A stretch of DNA of 64,000 bases, from NCBI GenBank assembly GCA_963802335.1, contig CAWDIE010000004.1:407446-471445 (forward strand). Reading direction: 5' to 3'. The DNA comes from an uncultured Planctomycetota bacterium. GTDB taxonomy: Bacteria > Planctomycetota > PLA2 > JAEUHO01. The position numbers and the translations under genes were made by a program. Below are positions 20,082-30,348 of this stretch, in pieces. Position 1 is the stretch's first letter; every line of letters begins with the position of its first letter. Below the pieces are notes generated by a model. That model was not told the DNA's origin and ran no database searches. It saw only the letters and a list, made by a program, of their open reading frames with translations.

Positions 20082-21965
20082 ATGCGGTCGGGGCTCTTCC
20101 TCGTCCTGCTACTCCTCGCGGCGGCGACGCTCGTCTACCTGTTCCTGGGCGGGGGCCCAGGCACCCTGGGGCCCGACGAAGAGCGGGTAGGGGACCGGGC
20201 ACCGCGCGACGGCCACGTCGCGGCAACCCTGGCGGGGCGGGGCGTCGACATGGCGTCGATCCCCCTCGATCGGCTCCTCGACGCGCTCGTCGACACCGAG
20301 GGAAACCCCGTGCCCGCAGCGGAGGCGGCCCTCCGCGTGCGCGGCACGCGGGAGGCGGGGTTGGCAGACGAGCTCGCCCGTCGCCTGGCGCTGCTGCTGA
20401 CCTCGCGGCAGCGATACGACGCGGCGGGCATCAACCGCCTCGCGAGCGCGCTCGTGGCGCTCCGGGAGGACGGCGCGCGGGCCCTGGTGTCGTATCTGCG
20501 GCGCCCCGAGGACCAGCTCTTCCGCTTCGCCGCGTTCCAAGCCCAGAGCTTCGGCGACCACGCCGCCCCCTTGGTCGCCGAGCTCGTGGCCTTGCTCGGC
20601 GAGGTCGGCGCGCTCTCCCCTCACCGCACCGCCGTCTTGTTCTCGGCACTGGAAGCGCTGGGTCCGCGCGCGGCGGCGGCCGCTCCCGCGCTGATCGCGC
20701 GGCTCCAGCCGCCCTACGAAGATCGCTTCGCCGCGGGCGCGGCGCAGGCGCTCGCCGCCATCACGGGGCCCACCGAGGAGACGATGGCCGCGCTCCGCGG
20801 CGTGATCGAGGACCCCGAGACCGAGATCCGCTCGAGCGCGATTCATGCGGTGCGGACCTTCGGGCCGGAGGCAGCCTCCTTCGTCCCGCTGTTCGTCTCT
20901 CTGCTCGAAGACCCGGAAGCGGCAACCCGCATGGAGGCGGCCAACGCGCTGGGCGCGATCGGCGTGGCGACGCCGGATGTGCTTCGCGAGCTGTCGCACA
21001 TGTTGATTGACGACCACCTGAAGTACTCGGCCGGGCTCGCGCTCGCCAAGTTGGGCGCGGACGGGACCACCGTGCTGCTGGACACGGCGCGGCACGCCGA
21101 GAGCGTACGGGCACGAATACGTGCCCTCCAAGCGCTCAAGACCATGCAAACCGATCACACGGAGATCGTCGACATCTTGATCGGCATCCTCGACGAGGAC
21201 ATCGAGCGAGGGTGGAAGTCCCAGGCCATCTACCTCCTGCATGGCATCAAGCCGCTACCGAACAGCGACCGCGTACTGAAGGCCCTCGCGCGCGCCGCGG
21301 AGGATCCGATCCTCCAACCGGCTCTGGTGCAGGTGCTGGTGGGTCTGGGTGACGACGCGAGCCTGCAGGTCGTCGCCGACCAAGCGCTGACCGCGCACAC
21401 CCCCGAGCAGCGATTCGCCGCGACGTCGGCGCTCGTCTACCTGCGGCGCCCCGTGGCCGACGCCGGCCGAGCCTTGCTCGGTCTCGTCGACGCCGACCTG
21501 CGGCGAAGCGATGCCTTGAGAGTGCTCGGGCTCTTCGTGATCATCCAGCCGCCGGTCCCGGTCCGTGAAGGGTTGCCGGTGCTGCGCCCCTTGCTCCAGG
21601 ACGAGGACCGCGCGATGCGCACGGGCGCCATGCGCGCGATCACGACCCTCGCAGGCGATCCCCTGCCGCTGGTCGACGTCTACCTGCCCGCGCTCGACGA
21701 TCCCCATCTCCGCGCGGCGGCCGTTCAGGGATTGGGTGGCGTGCCGGCGCGGGCCTCGGTCACCATCCCCGCGCTGCTTCGCCGCGCGGAGAAGGACGCC
21801 GTCGAGCACGGCTTCGTCGGCGGCGACGTGGTCGCGGCGCTGAAGACCCTGGCCCCCCATTGGGCCGGGGCCGCGGAGGCGCTCCGCGCGGCGGCCGACG
21901 GTCTGGAGGGACGCGCGAAGGCGGGCCTCGAGCAGGTCCTGGCGGGGACAGCGCCCGAAAAATAG
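20082..21965 (+). CDS. HEAT-repeat protein with N-terminal membrane anchor
   Basis: ATG 20082 follows GGAGGTGG, and the N-terminus MRSGLFLVLLLLAAA forms an anchor. There are more than 10 HEAT-like repeats (e.g. IRSSAIHAVRTFG, ATRMEAANALGAIG). Confidence 0.75.
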   Translation: MRSGLFLVLLLLAAATLVYLFLGGGPGTLGPDEERVGDRAPRDGHVAATLAGRGVDMASIPLDRLLDALVDTEGNPVPAAEAALRVRGTREAGLADELARRLALLLTSRQRYDAAGINRLASALVALREDGARALVSYLRRPEDQLFRFAAFQAQSFGDHAAPLVAELVALLGEVGALSPHRTAVLFSALEALGPRAAAAAPALIARLQPPYEDRFAAGAAQALAAITGPTEETMAALRGVIEDPETEIRSSAIHAVRTFGPEAASFVPLFVSLLEDPEAATRMEAANALGAIGVATPDVLRELSHMLIDDHLKYSAGLALAKLGADGTTVLLDTARHAESVRARIRALQALKTMQTDHTEIVDILIGILDEDIERGWKSQAIYLLHGIKPLPNSDRVLKALARAAEDPILQPALVQVLVGLGDDASLQVVADQALTAHTPEQRFAATSALVYLRRPVADAGRALLGLVDADLRRSDALRVLGLFVIIQPPVPVREGLPVLRPLLQDEDRAMRTGAMRAITTLAGDPLPLVDVYLPALDDPHLRAAAVQGLGGVPARASVTIPALLRRAEKDAVEHGFVGGDVVAALKTLAPHWAGAAEALRAAADGLEGRAKAGLEQVLAGTAPEK

Positions 21966-22051
21966 GGGTCTGGGGCCCGCCTGCACCATTCGCCCGCACC
22001 GCTCGGCTGGCGGCTTGGCTCGCTTTTCCTGCCATGAATCCGCCCGGCCCC

Positions 22052-22085
22052 TGGACATTCGATACCAATGTGATATCACTTTAAT
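22052..22085 (+). promoter_or_regulatory. AT-rich patch with perfect palindrome GTGATATCAC upstream of SPFH gene
   Basis: The sequence is TGGACA/TTCGAT ... GTGATATCAC (22070-22079) ... TTTAAT (22080-22085). This is the only AT-rich stretch for kilobases and lies 16 nt before ATG 22101. Confidence 0.3.
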
Positions 22086-22100
22086 AGCTTACCGATCGTC

Positions 22101-23042
22101 ATGGAGACCTCGATGGACACCTCGACCCTGATCGCGGAGAAGCCCTACCGCCCGATGTCGGGCTGGGGGCCCTTGCTCGTTCTGTTGGCGCTGGTCGCCT
22201 GCGGGGTCTTCTTCTTCACCCAGAGGTCGCCATGGGGCATCGCGTGGATCCTGGGGGCGTTCCTCATGCTCTTCGGGTTCATGGCCATCGCGCCGAACCA
22301 GGCGCGGGTGCTCCTGCTGTTTGGCAACTACCGCGGAACGGCCCGGGAGTCGGGCTTCTACTGGGTCAACCCCTTCTTCACGAAGAAGAAGATCTCCCTG
22401 CGGGTCCGCAACTTCGAAACCGGATCCACCACGACGCCGGAGCAGCGTGACTCTGCCGGCAAGGTCACCCACCAGGCGAGCCGGTCGCCCGGGCGCCCGT
22501 CGAAGGTCAACGACAAGGACGGCAACCCGATCGACATCTCGGCCGTGGTCGTCTGGCGGGTGGTCAACACCGCCGAGGCCGTGTTCGAGGTCGACGACTT
22601 CGAGCACTTCGTCGCCGTCCAGAGCGAGGCCGCGCTGCGCAGTCTCGCCAGCCGACACCCCTACGACAGCGAAGACCACGAGCTCTCGCTTCGCGGCAGC
22701 ACGGCGGAGATCAGCGACCAGCTTCGAGTCGACATCCAGGAGCGGCTCGACCAGGCGGGCGTCGAGGTCATCGAAGCACGGATCAGCCACCTCGCCTACT
22801 CGCCCGAGATCGCCGCCGCGATGCTGCAGCGGCAACAGGCCCAAGCCGTGGTGGCCGCTCGCACGCGCATCGTCGACGGTGCCGTCGGCATGGTGCAGAT
22901 GGCCCTGGATCACCTGGCCCGCGAGAACATCGTCGTGCTCGACGACGAGCGACGCGCGGCCATGGTCTCGAACCTGCTCGTGGTTCTCTGCAGCGACCGC
23001 CACACCCAGCCCGTCGTGAACACCGGCTCCCTCTACACGTAG
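22101..23042 (+). CDS. SPFH/band-7 (stomatin-prohibitin-like) domain protein
   Basis: There are two N-terminal TM helices and an SPFH core, then a C-terminal coiled region with [17 protein letters not shown]. Confidence 0.85.
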   Translation: METSMDTSTLIAEKPYRPMSGWGPLLVLLALVACGVFFFTQRSPWGIAWILGAFLMLFGFMAIAPNQARVLLLFGNYRGTARESGFYWVNPFFTKKKISLRVRNFETGSTTTPEQRDSAGKVTHQASRSPGRPSKVNDKDGNPIDISAVVVWRVVNTAEAVFEVDDFEHFVAVQSEAALRSLASRHPYDSEDHELSLRGSTAEISDQLRVDIQERLDQAGVEVIEARISHLAYSPEIAAAMLQRQQAQAVVAARTRIVDGAVGMVQMALDHLARENIVVLDDERRAAMVSNLLVVLCSDRHTQPVVNTGSLYT

Positions 23043-23069
23043 GGGGAGCCTCCAGCCTGGAGCCTCGTC

Positions 23070-23243
23070 TTGGCCGAGCGCGACGCGTTCCTGATTCGCA
23101 CGGACCCCAAGGTGTTGGACGCGCTGCGCCGCTGGGCGCGGGACGACTTACGCAGCGTGAACGCCCAGATCGAGTACCTGCTCCGTCGCGCCCTCCGAGA
23201 CGCCGGTCGTCTCCCCCTCCCAAGGACGACGACTAACCATCCG
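23070..23243 (+). CDS. Arc/ribbon-helix-helix-like small DNA-binding protein (3' end unresolved)
   Basis: FLIRTDPKVLDALRRWARDDLRSVNAQIEYLLRRALRDAGR is typical of RHH proteins that follow SPFH genes. There is no in-frame stop until 23777, and the tail is R/P/G-rich and overlaps the next gene. Confidence 0.5.
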
Positions 23244-23276
23244 TACGGAGTCAGTGCAAATGTTCACGGTTCGACG
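23241..23276 (+). repeat. 36-nt repeat, copy 2 (partner at 17960-17995)
   Basis: The sequence is CCGTACGGAGTCAGTGCAAATGTTCACGGTTCGACG. It is in inverted orientation relative to copy 1 and sits where the RHH gene should terminate. Confidence 0.6.
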
Positions 23277-23373
23277 CGCGCCGTCGCCGCGTCCCAACCA
23301 ACGTCGAAGGCACGCACCCGGCGTAGCATGGGCCCGTACGGCTCGCGTACCCGAGAGGACCCACGGAGGCAGC

Positions 23374-23655
23374 ATGGGGCGTGCGATCGATGGACTGGAG
23401 GCACTCCAAGCGCGGGTCGCCCGGCGGGCGGCCGAGCCCAGCCACGACCGGGTCGCCGGTCAGCTCGCAGCGACGATGGAGGCATTGCTCGACACCGCGC
23501 GGATGGCTGCCGGGTCCGAGCTCGCGGCCGAACACTCGGACTCGCACGGCCGCATCCGCGCCATGAATCAGGTCGGCGCGGAGTTGGAGGTCGCCGCCCA
23601 GGCCCTGGACCGGGCTGGCGAGGCCCTTCTCGCGTTCTACTTCGAGACACGTTGA
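23374..23655 (+). CDS. hypothetical small helical protein
   Basis: ATG 23374 follows GGAGG. The 93 aa are predicted helical, with non-shadow composition. Confidence 0.4.
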   Translation: MGRAIDGLEALQARVARRAAEPSHDRVAGQLAATMEALLDTARMAAGSELAAEHSDSHGRIRAMNQVGAELEVAAQALDRAGEALLAFYFETR

Positions 23656-23773
23656 CCCGCCTCCGCCGCCAACGCCACCCGACATGGCAGGTCGGTGCGA
23701 CCCGCGAGCAACGGTGGGTGGCGTCGCGGGACGAGCAACCGGGCCTGCTGCGATCGGTGACGGAGCCTCGCCG

Positions 23774-25030
23774 ATGACCCCCGACCCCGAGCACGCAGGC
23801 CGCGTCGATCGCACGATCACCCTGGCAAGGGACTTGAGTCGGCTGACGGGGCCAACCGAGCTCGTTCGCCACTGCTTGCACCGCATGCAACGGATGGCAC
23901 CGGCGTGCCGTCTGTTTCAGGTGACCGCTGACGAAGGGCGCAGTACGCACGTTCGTGTCGTGGAGTTGGCATCGACGGCGGAGGCCGAGATGGCTCAGGT
24001 CGAAGCATCGGCCGCTGCGCTGAAGAGCCCACTCCTATCCGCTTGCCTTCGGGCCGGCGACGCAGCGATCCTCGAAGGACTGGCACCCGAGGGAGATGCG
24101 GGGTGGGACGCACTCTCGCAACCGCACACCCTGGCCGCAGTCCCGGTGTTTCATGCCGGCGCGCTGGCCCACCTCCTGATCCTGACGACCGCCGAGAAGG
24201 GTGTCCTCGCCCCCGAACTCCTCGACGAGCTGACGTGGCAGGCCAACCTCCACGCGCAGGCCGCAGCCGTCGCGCACGAGACGACCGAGCTTCGGCGAGC
24301 CCACGCCAAGCTGGACCGAGACCTCGAGTACATCTCCCGACTCCAACGACGCATCCTTCCCGAGGTCGTCCCTTCGCTCGAAGGCGTCCACATCGACGTG
24401 TGCGCGCGACCATCGGAGCGTTCCGGGGGTGACTTCTACGACTTCTTCTCCCTGCCCGACGGCCGATGGGCCGTACTCCTGGCGGATGTGTGTGGTCACG
24501 GGACGGCGACGGCGGTCCTCATGGCGATCACGCACGCCATCACACGCCTCGCCCGCCCCTTCGTGCGCCCCCATGCCTTCCTGGCCTTCTTGAACACGCA
24601 ACTGGTCCGGCGGTACACCGCGGGGACCGGCGCGTTCGTCGCGGCGTGCGTCGTCGTCTACGATCCCGCGACCCGTGAGCTCACGTTCTCGTTGGCCGGT
24701 CTTCCATCGCCACGTCTGGTGCGGGCCGGCCGTGTCGAGGAACTGGACCGGGCGCGGGGAGCCGGCCTGGGCCTCTTCCCGACGTCGCGCTATGCGTCGT
24801 CGCGGACCACCGTAGCTTCCGGCGATCTCCTGGTCCTGTTCACGGACGGCGTGACCGAAGCGGTCACCCCCACGGGTGCGTTCTACGGCGACGAGCGACT
24901 GGACACGCAGCTCCTCACCGCGAGTGGCAGCACGAGTCCCGCCGCGGCGCTCGAGGCCGATGTGCTGGCGTTCACGAACGATCATGGGGACCAAGATGAC
25001 CGCACCGTCCTGACACTCCGCTTCGAGTGA
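23774..25030 (+). CDS. PP2C-family (SpoIIE/RsbU-like) serine phosphatase with N-terminal GAF-like sensor
   Basis: Motifs GGDFYDFF, LLADVCGHGTATAVLMA, LVLFTDGVTE and DDRTVLTLRF are present. Confidence 0.85.
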   Translation: MTPDPEHAGRVDRTITLARDLSRLTGPTELVRHCLHRMQRMAPACRLFQVTADEGRSTHVRVVELASTAEAEMAQVEASAAALKSPLLSACLRAGDAAILEGLAPEGDAGWDALSQPHTLAAVPVFHAGALAHLLILTTAEKGVLAPELLDELTWQANLHAQAAAVAHETTELRRAHAKLDRDLEYISRLQRRILPEVVPSLEGVHIDVCARPSERSGGDFYDFFSLPDGRWAVLLADVCGHGTATAVLMAITHAITRLARPFVRPHAFLAFLNTQLVRRYTAGTGAFVAACVVVYDPATRELTFSLAGLPSPRLVRAGRVEELDRARGAGLGLFPTSRYASSRTTVASGDLLVLFTDGVTEAVTPTGAFYGDERLDTQLLTASGSTSPAAALEADVLAFTNDHGDQDDRTVLTLRFE

Positions 25031-25086
25031 GTGTGGCGTGGCCGCACCGACCGGTCCCGTGGCATCGGGTCGGCCCGCACGGACGG

Positions 25087-26356
25087 CTACGGCGCCTCCA
25101 ACACGCCACGCGCGGCCGAGCGTTGCGGCTCGGATAGCACGTCCAACACCTCCTCGATCGGCACCTGCCAGAGCGTCCACACGGTGACCGTGCCCGCCGC
25201 CGCGTCCTCGCGGACGGCCTGGCGCACCAGCTGGCGCCGGCGCGCGCCGGCGTGGGCCGCGCGCGCGGCGGCGTCGGCACCGAGCGCGGGCACGAGGCGT
25301 GCCGTCAGTGACTCCGTAACGTCCTGCATGCCCATGCGGGCCGAGGTCTTGTGCACGGCGGCGGCGGCGCGGCCCTCGCGGCGCTGAACGACGCAGACGT
25401 GTCCGGGCCAGGCGAGCGGCGCGGCCAACCAGGTGGGCGTCGTCTGGACGGACTCCTCCCAACTCGAGGCGCGGGGCGGGCGGGGCCCCGCCAACGCGAC
25501 GCGTGCGGCGTCGCGATGCGTCACCGGTACGATGCGAAGCACGTCGTCGACACCGAGGTCCCAGAGCTGCCATCCTTCGTCGCGGCCCGTGAGACGGACG
25601 CGCTCGACGAGACGCGCCATCCCGCCGGCGCGCACGCCGACCTCGAAGGCGATGTCGTTGCCGAGGACGGGCACCAGCCGCCCCTGCACTTCGGAGCGGA
25701 CAGCGGTCCCTCCGCGGATGGCCGCCAAGGCCGTCGCGACGGCCCAGGGCGAAGAGACATGCTTGGACGCGAACTCGAGCCGCCCCTCCGTGACCGGCAT
25801 GACCGGCACACCCTTGGCCCAGGACGGCTCGGCCGCGACGGGCGTCCACGGCGTGGCCCACCCCTCGAGGCGGCGTCGCCAGGAGCGGCAGGACGGCCGG
25901 ACGCCGCTCGGCCGGCACGGCGGCCAGCAGGGGCTCGAGGGGCATCTCCCACAGGACGAAGGCGGTGTAGACCTGACCTCCGACGACCGGCCGCCGACGT
26001 GCGGGGGCGGGACGGAAGAGGTAGGCGCGCTCCACAGCGACCGCGGCATCGGCTCCGGCCTCGGCCACCGCACGAGCTTCCGGGCCGGGGAGGCTCGCCA
26101 GGCGGGCGAGCAGCCGCAAGCGGACGTTGCGCCGAGCCACCGGCGTGTCGGTATCCGGGTACGCGAGGGAGAGGAGATTCGACTGGGCGCCGTCCACGAG
26201 CCGCAGGTGACCGGGGCGCGTCGGCGGAGCGATGACCCACGCCGGCACCGCCTCCACCCGCTGCCAACCGGGGCGCTCCTTCCCGATGGCCTCTTCGCCC
26301 ACGCCGGCGACGAGGCCCAGGAGCAAGAGCGCGGTCAAAGCGGCAAATCGGTGCAT
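25087..26356 (-). CDS. hypothetical secreted protein with internal repeat; frame disrupted near 25870
   Basis: ATG 26356 follows GGAGGT and is followed by the signal peptide MHRFAALTALLLLGLVAG. Sensible sequence switches frame around 25860-25880 into ORF 25087..26073. The motif VxxWxLWxxPxExxL occurs twice. Confidence 0.45.
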
Positions 26357-26535
26357 GGAACCTCCAGGCCCGTTGGACGTGCCGTCGCTGAGCGGGTTCC
26401 GTACCCCCACGCGCCCGAGCTCCGGCGACGCCCTCCCCGCCTCGGCCCCATCCGCCGGCCCGGGCGCCTCGCCAAGCCACCACCATGCTCGCTGCGGTAG
26501 GGTGGCCGCTCCTCTTCGGCACGCGGAGACATTCC

Positions 26536-27858
26536 ATGAAGCCGGCCCTTGCGATCGTCGTCCTCGCCCTCTTCGCGCTGACGGGCCTCGCGCCGCGGGC
26601 ATTCGCCGGTGGCGACGACGCTCCCTCTCCGGTCGGCCGGTGGTCCCTGGATCGCGAGGGGATCGAGTCCGAGCTGAAGGACGATCGTATGGGCTTGCTG
26701 GCCTCGGTCCTCGTCCTGGACATCGACCTCGAGGTCTTCGAGGACGGTCGCTTCGAGACGCGGACGAAGCGCGAGGGGGAGACGGGCGAGGGGCACCGCT
26801 CGGGAGGCACCTGGACGCAGAGCGGGGACGTCGTGAGCCTGGCGGCGATGCGCGACGACGGCCACCCCGGCAGCGTGGTCGGGCGACTCGTCGGCGATCG
26901 CCTGGTGCTGGACTTCGCGGGGGTGAAGGCGCCGCTCGTCCGCGTCGGCGAGGACGAGCCGACGCTTCCGACGGCCCCCGAAGAGACCAAGCCGCCGAAG
27001 CCCTCGATCGGCCTCGGCTCGAGCACCGGCCCCGACTCCTCCATCCGCCTCCCCCACATCGAGCGCGACGACGGCACATGGCCGCCGGCGACGATCACAT
27101 CCGCCAATCACCGGCGTGTGGCGCGGCGCACCGGCGAGGAAGTGGTGCGGGCCCTGGCGAAGGAGCTCGGGGTCCCGCCGGCGGCTCTCTGGAAGGACGT
27201 GGACGCCTCACGCGTGATCCACGTCGAAAGCGCTCGAGATCGCATCGAGCCGATCCTGAACGCTTGGAAACTCCCGCACATCACCGTCACGCCGCTCGAC
27301 TTCATGGAGCGCGGCCCGACGCTGCTGGAGAGCGCGAGGGTCGTCCTCGTGCCGAGCCTCCCGGCCCTCCCGCGCGCGCTCGAGTCCGGCCTGGCGGCCA
27401 TGCTCCGCGCGTTCGTCGAACGCGGTGGCTACGTGGCCACGACCGGATGCAGTGTCGAGACGGTGCTCGTGCCGGCGTTTCCCACCCTGGTTCGCAGCAA
27501 GGGGAGCGCGGCGCCGATGGACGAGATGAGCTGCACCGCCTGGGTGACCCCGGCGTCGGTGAACGAGAAGGCTCTCGTACGCGGCCTCCCGCAGACGAGC
27601 AACATCACGCTGTGGTGCGACGCGGGTTCCTACGAGGTCGAGGGGCTCGGTGGCGCGGCCACCCCGTCCCTCGTCGCCTCGAACCAACCCCACCTACGCC
27701 ACCAGCAATCGGGCGTCCTGCTTCTGGCGGCCTCGACCGGCGACGGCAAGGTCCTGCACGCCGTGCCCAAGGTGGACCAACGGCGAGGGACGCCCTCGGG
27801 AGCGCACACGCTGCAGAGGATCCTCCTGAACTTCGTGCACGAGGCGCTTACCCCGTAG
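26536..27858 (+). CDS. hypothetical secreted protein
   Basis: ATG 26536 opens the signal peptide MKPALAIVVLALFALTGLAPRAFA. I recognise no domain. Confidence 0.5.
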   Translation: MKPALAIVVLALFALTGLAPRAFAGGDDAPSPVGRWSLDREGIESELKDDRMGLLASVLVLDIDLEVFEDGRFETRTKREGETGEGHRSGGTWTQSGDVVSLAAMRDDGHPGSVVGRLVGDRLVLDFAGVKAPLVRVGEDEPTLPTAPEETKPPKPSIGLGSSTGPDSSIRLPHIERDDGTWPPATITSANHRRVARRTGEEVVRALAKELGVPPAALWKDVDASRVIHVESARDRIEPILNAWKLPHITVTPLDFMERGPTLLESARVVLVPSLPALPRALESGLAAMLRAFVERGGYVATTGCSVETVLVPAFPTLVRSKGSAAPMDEMSCTAWVTPASVNEKALVRGLPQTSNITLWCDAGSYEVEGLGGAATPSLVASNQPHLRHQQSGVLLLAASTGDGKVLHAVPKVDQRRGTPSGAHTLQRILLNFVHEALTP

Positions 27859-27923
27859 GCGCGCAGGAACGAGAGCGCTCGTCCTCGGGCAGGGCTTGAT
27901 ACAACCGTCTCGTCCCGAGCGAG

Positions 27924-29915
27924 GTGAGCATGACGAAGTCCGACGGTCAGCGTGGGCAGCCCGACGATCCGCTGCAGGGCAGCGTGAAGCCCGCCCACGA
28001 GCCCAGCCTCTTCCCGCGCCTGGGGTTCGGCGAGTGGCTCGTGTTCGCGATCCTGGCCGGCGTCATCGCCGCCACGAACATCTACACGACCCTGCTGATC
28101 GGCTGGGGCGATACCGGATCGATCATCGCCGTGCTGGCGGCCGTGCTGTTGCTGGGTCTGATCAGCAAGCACAAGCCGGACATCCACACGCTGAACCTCG
28201 GGCAGACCATGGTTTCGGCCGGCGGCAGCGTGGGGTTCGCCGTAGCGAGCTACGCGGCGGTGATGATCATCCGGCCCGACTTCCGCCCCCCGCCGCACCT
28301 GCTGATCCCGCTCTTTGCGACCTTGGGTCTGCTGGGCGCCATCATCGGGAGCACGGTGCGCAAGCGCATGGTGGGCTACTTCTTCCCGTCGGGTACGGCC
28401 TGCGCGGTCATCCAGAAGTCGGTCACCGAGCCGGTGCCGGCCGGGCGCGTGAGTCCGGTGCTGATGCTCGCGATCTGGGGCGGCATCGCGGCGATCCTGA
28501 CGATTCCAACCAAGATCGCCCTGGCCTTGAAGGACGCCGCGGGCAACAAGGTCGTCGTGGACGGCCAGACGGTGTTCGAGAGCCATGCCATTTGGCAGAA
28601 CCAGTCCATCGGCAACTGGATCCACGGCGTTCGCGAGTCCGCCGAAGCGTTCGTCTACACGTCGACCTCGGCCGTGGGGCGGATGGCGGAGCGCATCTTC
28701 AGCCGTGAGGCCACCTACGACCTGGGCATCGGGGTCGACCCGCTCTACTACGGCATCGGCATCGTGGTCGGGCCCAAGGTCGGACTGGGGATGCTCCTCG
28801 GCGCCCTGTCCGTCCCGTGGCTCATCGTTCCCGGCCTGTCCGGCAACAGCCAGGTCACCGATTCGCCCGGCGATTGGGTCAAGTGGCTGGCCATCGCGGT
28901 CATGACGCTGCCCACGTTCGCGACCATCGCGTTCGCCTACTTCTTCCGCACACCGCCGGTGATCCCGCCCGGCTTCACCCCGGGCCGCACGGCGTACGAA
29001 GCCCCGGCGTCGCGCAGCTTCGTGTACGGCATGGTGGCCGTCGTCTCGGCCGGCCTCATCTGCTATCTGGCGATGGCGATCTTCAACTGCCCGTGGTGGG
29101 TCGCCGCGCCGACGATCGTGATCGCCTGGCCACTGTGCGTGGTGAACGGTCGCGTCACCGGGGACACGGACATCAACCCCGTGCGGCTGGTCGCGATCGT
29201 GCTGCTGTCGGGCTTCTTCTGGCTGATCACCCGCGAGGCCGGCCTGGCCGGCGACGAGGCCGCCATCGCGATGCTGGGCATGGCCGTGATCGGCGGGACG
29301 CTGGCGGCGTGCGCCGTCGACATGATGCAGGACTACCGCACCGGCTACCTGGTCGATGCCGACCCGGTGCACCAGACCTCGGTGCAGTTCATCGGCACGA
29401 TCATTGGCGCGATCGTGGCGATCCCCGTGCTGAACCTGCTCGTGGGCGAGTTGGGCATCGGCGAAGGCTCGGGCCTGGCCGCGCCCGGCGCCCAGGTCTG
29501 GGCCGAGATGGCGGAGGCCATGTCCGGCGGCTTCGATCCGTCCAACCCGCTGTTGTGGGCCATCGGCATCGTCAGCGTGCTGGGCAGTGTCTACGCCTTC
29601 TTGACCGTGTGGCCCAAGACGGCACCGTGGATGCCGTCGCTGTTCGGCATCGGCATCGGCATGCTCGTCGGCGTCGAGACGTCGATGGGCATCTTCCTGG
29701 GCGGCGTCCTCAAGTGGCTCGTCACGCTCTGGTACAAGCGCGGCAAGTCGGGCCCCGCGGCCACCGAGGCCAAGCACCACGCCGGCAACGACACCATGCT
29801 CGCGGGCGCATCGGTCTTCGCGGCGGGCGCCGTGCTGTCGATCCTGCTGATCGTCGTCGTGCAGATCATGAAGCTCTCGGGCATCGATTGGTTCCGCATC
29901 GCCGGCGGGCACTAG
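27924..29915 (+). CDS. OPT family oligopeptide transporter
   Basis: This ~660-aa polytopic protein has the N-terminal NIYTTLLIGWGDTGSI motif and a glycine-rich helix pattern typical of OPT. Confidence 0.8.
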   Translation: MSMTKSDGQRGQPDDPLQGSVKPAHEPSLFPRLGFGEWLVFAILAGVIAATNIYTTLLIGWGDTGSIIAVLAAVLLLGLISKHKPDIHTLNLGQTMVSAGGSVGFAVASYAAVMIIRPDFRPPPHLLIPLFATLGLLGAIIGSTVRKRMVGYFFPSGTACAVIQKSVTEPVPAGRVSPVLMLAIWGGIAAILTIPTKIALALKDAAGNKVVVDGQTVFESHAIWQNQSIGNWIHGVRESAEAFVYTSTSAVGRMAERIFSREATYDLGIGVDPLYYGIGIVVGPKVGLGMLLGALSVPWLIVPGLSGNSQVTDSPGDWVKWLAIAVMTLPTFATIAFAYFFRTPPVIPPGFTPGRTAYEAPASRSFVYGMVAVVSAGLICYLAMAIFNCPWWVAAPTIVIAWPLCVVNGRVTGDTDINPVRLVAIVLLSGFFWLITREAGLAGDEAAIAMLGMAVIGGTLAACAVDMMQDYRTGYLVDADPVHQTSVQFIGTIIGAIVAIPVLNLLVGELGIGEGSGLAAPGAQVWAEMAEAMSGGFDPSNPLLWAIGIVSVLGSVYAFLTVWPKTAPWMPSLFGIGIGMLVGVETSMGIFLGGVLKWLVTLWYKRGKSGPAATEAKHHAGNDTMLAGASVFAAGAVLSILLIVVVQIMKLSGIDWFRIAGGH

Positions 29916-30016
29916 GCGACGGGCCCAGCTCACCGCGCTGCTCGAGGTCCGACGGGACGCCGCGGCCGAGGCTGGGCGGTTCGGTCCGGAGTGACCTCGC
30001 TCTGCAATCCGTAGGA

Positions 30017-30060
30017 GCTCCGCGTCACGACCTTCTGCACACTCGGTTCGAGTTGTCGAC
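30017..30060 (+). repeat. island-specific ~44-nt intergenic repeat (copy)
   Basis: gctccgcgtcacgaccttctgcacactcggttcgagttgtcgac aligns by eye with 37147-37190 (+) and 49485-49527 (-). Confidence 0.6.
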
Positions 30061-30348
30061 GCCCGCATTCTGCGCCTGACTGCGCCCCACCGTCTTCCCT
30101 TCCTGTCGTGGCGGCTGAACGATCACTTCGATTCAGGCACCTCGGCGGATCTCCTGGTCGAAGCAGGTCGAAGTCTGATCGCCGGCGCCTCGCCTCCAAC
30201 GCTCCCCGCCGATGGCGGCGTCGAGAACTACAACGGCTCCGTCGACGATGCGCTCGCGTCCGGTCTGCTTCGTCGCGTGCTGGCGCAGACCGAAGTCTCC
30301 TTCTCGAATTAGTTGCAGCGCGAGCCCACGCTTCCGACAACTGGAGTG

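Noticed and set aside
24035-27079. 1014-aa minus-strand ORF, apparently a giant protein
   Set aside because: Only residues encoded by about 25880-26356 look genuine (signal peptide plus a sensible domain). The rest is R/P/G/A-rich shadow sequence lying antisense to the PP2C phosphatase gene and to the secreted-protein gene at 26536.
27630-30068. 812-aa ORF antisense to the OPT transporter (and 28817..30079 in another plus frame)
   Set aside because: The composition is shadow-like (R/G/D/H runs). The OPT reading frame has clear family motifs and TM periodicity.
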